From Patescibacteria group bacterium (GTDB lineage Bacteria; Patescibacteriota; Patescibacteriia; Patescibacteriales; JAQTRU01), in NCBI GenBank assembly GCA_028716725.1, contig JAQUPG010000003.1:11512-75511 (forward strand): a stretch of 64,000 nt of DNA, read 5' to 3'. Position numbers and translations under genes: made by a program. The notes beneath the pieces are model-generated. The model ran no database searches. It saw nothing but the letters and a program-made list of their open reading frames with translations, and was not told the origin of the DNA. Every line of letters begins with the position of its first letter. The first letter of the stretch is position 1. This document shows, in pieces, positions 59,543 to 64,000 of the stretch.

Positions 59543-61522
59543 ATGAACGTAACCGAATTAGCCAGAATCCTAAAAGTGAATCCGCAGGAACTGCGCGACC
59601 TTTTGCCGCAGCTCGGTTTTCATATTGGCCAAAAAGCCATTAAGATCGATAATCGGGAGGCGCAAAAAATTATTAAGCAGTGGCCGGACTTAATAAGGAA
59701 GTTGGAAAGGGAAAAAGCGGCTGAAAACAAAGAGGAAGTAGCAGAAGAGGAAAAAGTTGAGGAGAAAAAAGTTGTTTTAGTTCCTAATTTTATCATTGTC
59801 AGGGATTTTTCCGCTTTGGCTAACCTGCCGGTTAATAAAGTTTTGGCGGAGTTGATGAAGAACGGAATTTTTACTTCCATGAATGAAAAAATTGATTTTG
59901 ACACGGCCGCGATTATCGGGGAAAATTTAGGTTTGGAAATTAAGTTTGAAGAAAAACAGGAAGGGGAAGATGGCGGCGAAAAAAATAAACTGGAAGATAT
60001 CCTGGCCCAGGAAGAAAAGGGAAAACTGCAGAGCCGGGCGCCGGTAATTGTGGTTATGGGCCATGTTGACCACGGCAAAACCAAACTCCTTGATGCTATC
60101 AGAAAAACTGACGTGGTCGCGGGCGAGGCCGGAGGCATAACCCAGCACATCGGCGCTTATCAGGTATTGAGAAAAAACCGGGCCATTACTTTTATCGATA
60201 CGCCCGGGCACGAGGCTTTCACCGCCATGCGCAGCCGCGGCGCCCGTGTGGCTGACATTGCTATTTTAGTGGTGGCGGCTGATGACGGAGTAAAGCCGCA
60301 GACGGTTGAAGCTTTCCGGATTATTGAAGCGGCTCGTATTCCTTTTGTCGTAGCCATAAATAAAGTGGACAAGCCGGAAGCGGATATAAATAAAACCAAG
60401 CAGGAGCTGGCCACCCAGCTTAATATCCAGCCCGAAGACTGGGGCGGAAAGATTATCTGCGCTCCGGTTTCCGCTAAGACCGGACAGGGCGTGGAAGATT
60501 TATTGGACATGATTTTACTCGTGGCGGATATGGAGGCCGGCCATATGAAAGCCAATCCGGATTCGGCCGCGGCCGGAACCGTCGTGGAATCCCACGTTGA
60601 CAAGGGCGCCGGCCCGGTGGCCACGATTTTAATCCAGAACGGGACTTTAAGGGTGGGAGACAGCCTTTGCTTTAATAATAATGCTTACGGCAAGGTGCGG
60701 GCTTTGAAAAATTATAAGGGCGAGAATATTACCGAAGCCGGGCCTTCCAATCCGGTTAGGGTTTTAGGCCTAAAAATTTCGCCGGCGGTCGGAGATATTT
60801 TAGAAGTCGGGGAGGGGGAAAGAATAAAAAATATCCATTCTTTAGAGTCAAAAGTCAGGCGGGGGAAGACCAATGTTATCCAGCAGGCAGAAAACGGGGA
60901 TGACAGGGTTAAAAAGGTCAATCTGGTTATAAAGAGCGATGTTTTAGGCTCGGCTGAAGCCATTGAAGAGTCTCTGGCTAAGATAAGCCGGGAGAATATA
61001 AAGGTTAAGATTATAAGCAAGGGGTTGGGCAATATTACGGAGGGAGACGTAAAAAAAGCGGAAGATTCGGGGGCCCAGGTAATCGGGTTTAACGTCAAAG
61101 TTCCGCCGGCAATTGAAAATTTAATCAGGGAAAAAGATATAAAAGTTAACGTTTTTAAAATAATTTACGATTTGATTGATTATGTTAAGGAGGAGATGGA
61201 AAAATTAGTTGAACCGGAAATAAAACGCGTTGATTTGGGCCGGTTAAAAGTGCTGGCAGTTTTCCGGACAGACCCGGGGAACCAGATTGTCGGCGGCAAA
61301 GTTTTATCCGGCCGGATAGAAACTGACAGTTCGGCGGAAGTGGTGCGGGCCGGCGAGGTTGTTGAGAAAGGCAAAGTGGTCCGTTTGCAATTAAATAAAA
61401 AAAATATTGATTCGGCCGAAGAGAACCAGGAGTGCGGATTGCAATACGAAGGCAAGCCGATTATAAAAGAAGGCGATATCCTGCAGTTTTATAAAATGGA
61501 AGAAATAAAAGAAAAGATATAA
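59543..61522 (+). CDS. infB: Translation initiation factor IF-2
   Basis: IF2-N (MNVTELARIL), GTPase G1-G4 (GHVDHGKT, DTPGH, NKVD), and domains II-IV. The alternative GTG start is at 59519. Confidence 0.95.
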   Translation: MNVTELARILKVNPQELRDLLPQLGFHIGQKAIKIDNREAQKIIKQWPDLIRKLEREKAAENKEEVAEEEKVEEKKVVLVPNFIIVRDFSALANLPVNKVLAELMKNGIFTSMNEKIDFDTAAIIGENLGLEIKFEEKQEGEDGGEKNKLEDILAQEEKGKLQSRAPVIVVMGHVDHGKTKLLDAIRKTDVVAGEAGGITQHIGAYQVLRKNRAITFIDTPGHEAFTAMRSRGARVADIAILVVAADDGVKPQTVEAFRIIEAARIPFVVAINKVDKPEADINKTKQELATQLNIQPEDWGGKIICAPVSAKTGQGVEDLLDMILLVADMEAGHMKANPDSAAAGTVVESHVDKGAGPVATILIQNGTLRVGDSLCFNNNAYGKVRALKNYKGENITEAGPSNPVRVLGLKISPAVGDILEVGEGERIKNIHSLESKVRRGKTNVIQQAENGDDRVKKVNLVIKSDVLGSAEAIEESLAKISRENIKVKIISKGLGNITEGDVKKAEDSGAQVIGFNVKVPPAIENLIREKDIKVNVFKIIYDLIDYVKEEMEKLVEPEIKRVDLGRLKVLAVFRTDPGNQIVGGKVLSGRIETDSSAEVVRAGEVVEKGKVVRLQLNKKNIDSAEENQECGLQYEGKPIIKEGDILQFYKMEEIKEKI

Positions 61523-61526
61523 TTTA

Positions 61527-61619
61527 CTACGAATTATGAATCAGTACGAATATACGAATTTTATGTCAGAAATGTTAATATTAGTATTCGTACATTCGTA
61601 AAAAATTCGTAATTCGTAG
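61527..61619. repeat. Inverted heptamer-word array (TACGAAT / ATTCGTA)
   Basis: The left arm is 61527-61559 (ctacgaattatgaatcagtacgaatatacgaat). The right arm is 61586-61619 (attcgtacattcgtaaaaaattcgtaattcgtag). Confidence 0.8.
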
Positions 61620-61629
61620 GGTTATTTAT

Positions 61630-61962
61630 ATGCCCCAGCCGGAACGAGTTAATGAGCTGATAAAAAGAAATATAGCCGACCTTATCAACCGGGAGATTTT
61701 TTTTAAGGATGGGTTGATTACCGTGAGTTTTGTCGACTGCTCGCCGGATTTAACCAGGGCCAAAATCGCGATTTCCGTTTTGCCGGCCAATCTAGCGGGC
61801 ACGGCTTTAAAAATTTTAAGGGGGCATTCAAGCTTATTTACTAAAATTTTAAAAAAGAAAACCCTTTTAAGGCATATTCCTAAGTTTGACTGGGTGATTG
61901 ATTCGACCGAAGAAGAAGCCGCTAAGATTGAAAAATTGTTGGAAGAAATAAAAGAATCGTAG
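61630..61962 (+). CDS. rbfA: Ribosome-binding factor A
   Basis: 110 aa in the infB-rbfA order, with an R...L......I......D......VSFV pattern. Confidence 0.8.
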   Translation: MPQPERVNELIKRNIADLINREIFFKDGLITVSFVDCSPDLTRAKIAISVLPANLAGTALKILRGHSSLFTKILKKKTLLRHIPKFDWVIDSTEEEAAKIEKLLEEIKES

Positions 61963-61990
61963 AGACGTGTAATTATGCATCTCTAAATAA

Positions 61991-62036
61991 AAAAAGAACC
62001 AAGAAGGCAGTCTCTTGCCTTTTTGGTTCTTTTTTG
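61991..62036 (+). terminator. Intrinsic terminator
   Basis: AGAACCAAGAAGGCA-gtctc-TTGCCTTTTTGGTTCTTTTTTG. Confidence 0.8.
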
Positions 62037-62263
62037 TTATGATAAAAAATCTTCTTTCTATAAATGCTTCAAATTAGGTATTCGAATTTTATTATAAATA
62101 CTGCAAATTATAACATTCAAATTATTTTGCAAATTTTTGAATAATTATATGCTTTTGTTTTAATAATATTTGAAGCATTTGAATATTATTGATTTGTCGG
62201 CGGTGAAAAACAAAAATTAATTTAGATTAGTGTATTTTACTATAAAAAAGCATTTGAATTTAT

Positions 62264-63286
62264 ATGGATTTAGACGCAGCCACAACCGCTAAATTTCTGG
62301 AAGCTTTCCAAAAAATAAAAAAAGCGGAAAATATTCTTTTGGTGACTCACGAGCGCGCTGATGGTGATGCCGTGGCTTCGCTATGCGCCATAATTGACCT
62401 GCTCGAGGGTTTAGGCAAAAAACATACGGCTTTCTGCCCGGGCGAGCCCATAAACCAGTTTTCTTTCCTGCCCCACACGGAAAAAATTATTTTTAAGGAC
62501 AATTATCATTCTCTTAAATCTTCCGGGCAGAGGAAATTACCGTTTGATTTCAGGGAGTTTGATTTAATAATTGCTTTAGATTGCGGCAGCCTGGATCGAA
62601 CCGGCTTGGCCGAAGAGATAAGGGAGAAGAGCTTTAACCAATTTTTTGTTGAATTTGACCATCATTTGAAAAACGGCAATCATTCCGATTTGGAGATAAG
62701 AAAACCCGAAGCGGTCGCCACATCGGAAATTCTTTATTATTTTTTAAAGGCCAATAAAATAAAAATAACGAAAAATATCGCTAATTGCGTTTTAACCGGA
62801 ATCTTAACCGACACCGGCAATTTCCTTTATTCCGCCACTTCACAGAAAGCGATTAATATCGCCTCGGAAATGCTTCTTTACGGGGCCAGGTTTCCCCGGA
62901 TTGTGAGAAACACCTTGTACAACAAGAGCCTGCCGGCGATGAAGGTTTGGGGGCTGGCTTTAAATAATTTAAAAATAAACAAAAAATATAATTTTGCTTT
63001 CTCGGTTTTAACTTTAGCTGAGATAGAAAAATTTTCCCCGGACGAAAATGAAGATGTTTTTGATTCCATTTCCGGTTTTTTAAGCAATCTATACGGGGTC
63101 AAGGGAGTTTTATTTTTGCGGGAAGAAAAAGGAGGGAAATTAAAAGGCAGCCTGCGCAGCGCTCACCCCCAAGTAGACGTTTCCCGTTTGGCTAATAAGC
63201 TAGGGGGCGGCGGCCATGCCAAAGCTTCCGGGTTTGTCTTAGGAGGAAAGATAGAAAAAGAAGGCAATAATTGGAAGATAATATAA
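62264..63286 (+). CDS. DHH/DHHA1 phosphoesterase (NrnA-like)
   Basis: HERADGDAVAS, DHH (FDHHLKN) and GGGGHAKASG motifs. Confidence 0.8.
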   Translation: MDLDAATTAKFLEAFQKIKKAENILLVTHERADGDAVASLCAIIDLLEGLGKKHTAFCPGEPINQFSFLPHTEKIIFKDNYHSLKSSGQRKLPFDFREFDLIIALDCGSLDRTGLAEEIREKSFNQFFVEFDHHLKNGNHSDLEIRKPEAVATSEILYYFLKANKIKITKNIANCVLTGILTDTGNFLYSATSQKAINIASEMLLYGARFPRIVRNTLYNKSLPAMKVWGLALNNLKINKKYNFAFSVLTLAEIEKFSPDENEDVFDSISGFLSNLYGVKGVLFLREEKGGKLKGSLRSAHPQVDVSRLANKLGGGGHAKASGFVLGGKIEKEGNNWKII

Positions 63287-63308
63287 TAACAAAATAATAT
63301 AAAAATAT

Positions 63309-63340
63309 AAAAAGGCATATTTATAAAATATGCCTTTTTT
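63309..63340 (+). terminator. Intrinsic terminator
   Basis: AAAAAGGCATAT-ttataaa-ATATGCCTTTTTT. Confidence 0.8.
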
Positions 63341-63433
63341 GTGCTTTTCAGTTATTTGGGTAAGTATCCCCTTTTGACAAGTATTTTATCTATTGGTACA
63401 ATATTTATGAGTAAGTATTAATTTGTCAAAGAT

Positions 63434-63805
63434 ATGGAATATTTAGATTATGCAATTAAAGATTTTAATAAGGAATATACTGACGAGGATGCTTGTTTGG
63501 ATGAAATTTTCCAACAACGATTCGGCAATTTAAAGGTTTGCCCCAGGTGTGGTAAAAAAACTAAATTCCATAAAGTATCTAATCGTAAATGCTATGCATG
63601 CCAATACTGTTCTTACCAGTTACACCCGTTAGCAGGTACTATCTTTAATAAATCATCCACGCCTCTTAAACTTTGGTTTCTCGCTATATTTTTAATGAGT
63701 CACAAAAAAAACGGGGTATCGGCTAAAGAATTACAACGACATTTAGGTGTCACTTATAAAACAGCATGGAGAATGGCCAAAGAGATTAAGCATTTAATGG
63801 TTTAA
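63434..63805 (+). CDS. IS1595-type transposase N-terminal zinc-ribbon/HTH domain only (no DDE domain)
   Basis: CPRCG...CYACQYC ribbon, then ..TPLKLWFLAIFLMSH.KNGVSAKELQRHLGVTYKTAWRM. The ORF stops after 123 aa. A TTGACA-17-TACAAT promoter lies upstream. Confidence 0.6.
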   Translation: MEYLDYAIKDFNKEYTDEDACLDEIFQQRFGNLKVCPRCGKKTKFHKVSNRKCYACQYCSYQLHPLAGTIFNKSSTPLKLWFLAIFLMSHKKNGVSAKELQRHLGVTYKTAWRMAKEIKHLMV

Positions 63806-63807
63806 TT

Positions 63808-64000
63808 CTATTCCGGTTTTGTTGGCTTTGGAGAGGAGGTTTTTTTAATGATTTCCTTAAAGATGTGTTTGTTCACCCCCGTAAAATCTAGTGGCAATTG
63901 GTAAGGATCATGTTGGGAAGGGAAACGAGTATCAATTTCATGAAGCGCTTTTTCCCACTCACCATCCTCGTATCTTTCCATAATGTTTACGATAGCACCC
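63808..64000 (-). CDS. 3' end of an unidentified CDS entering from the window edge
   Basis: Open frame on the minus strand: ..GAIVNIMERYEDGEWEKALHEIDTRFPSQHDPYQLPLDFTGVNKHIFKEIIKKTSSPKPTKPE* (stop at 63808-63810). Confidence 0.35.
   Translation of the reverse strand, partial: GAIVNIMERYEDGEWEKALHEIDTRFPSQHDPYQLPLDFTGVNKHIFKEIIKKTSSPKPTKPE

Overview
This AT-leaning, tightly packed chromosomal segment comes from a small-genome bacterium. Its gene content looks like Candidate Phyla Radiation/Patescibacteria (inference): an LTD-domain protein, a giant Ig-repeat surface protein, a TrbC-like pilin, a four-helix-bundle 'IVS' protein, an H+-pyrophosphatase, and very little metabolism. Most genes lack a Shine-Dalgarno sequence. 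The window spans the replication-origin region, with rpmH-rnpA-yidD-yidC divergent from dnaA-dnaN. It is dominated by housekeeping genes: nusA, tig, smpB plus tmRNA, infC-rpmI-rplT-secG, rnj, polA, murD, holA, rpsT, PBP1A, murI, trxB, rnhB, infB, rbfA. It also holds 10 tRNA genes plus 2 decayed tRNA copies. No rRNA, CRISPR array or intact transposon is present. The unusual content is mostly non-coding. (1) A complete tRNA-Phe gene bounded by inverted repeats is nested inside a second, interrupted tRNA-Phe. (2) Two covarying three-way-junction elements flank an AT-rich gene. (3) Locus-specific 7-nt 'word' arrays fill many intergenic regions, bracket tmRNA, tRNA genes and polA, and occur once in frame inside polA. 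(4) Palindromes are inserted in frame in nusA and murD. (5) MITE-like and REP-like GC-rich hairpin modules abut stop codons. One of them separates the nitroreductase 3' end from a displaced, synonymously diverged copy of that same end. Candidate accessory protein content includes an AT-rich two-gene cassette (11.8-13.1 kb; paralogous wHTH-like domains plus a DUF4145/HEPN-like C-terminus) with a consensus promoter and an operator-like palindrome. It also includes a class of GC-richer orphan genes with strong SD, promoter and terminator, and an oxidative-stress operon encoding an HD-Zn-ribbon-NUDIX fusion and an unlisted Cys-rich mini-ORF. All functional assignments come from motif recognition by eye. 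No database search was run.
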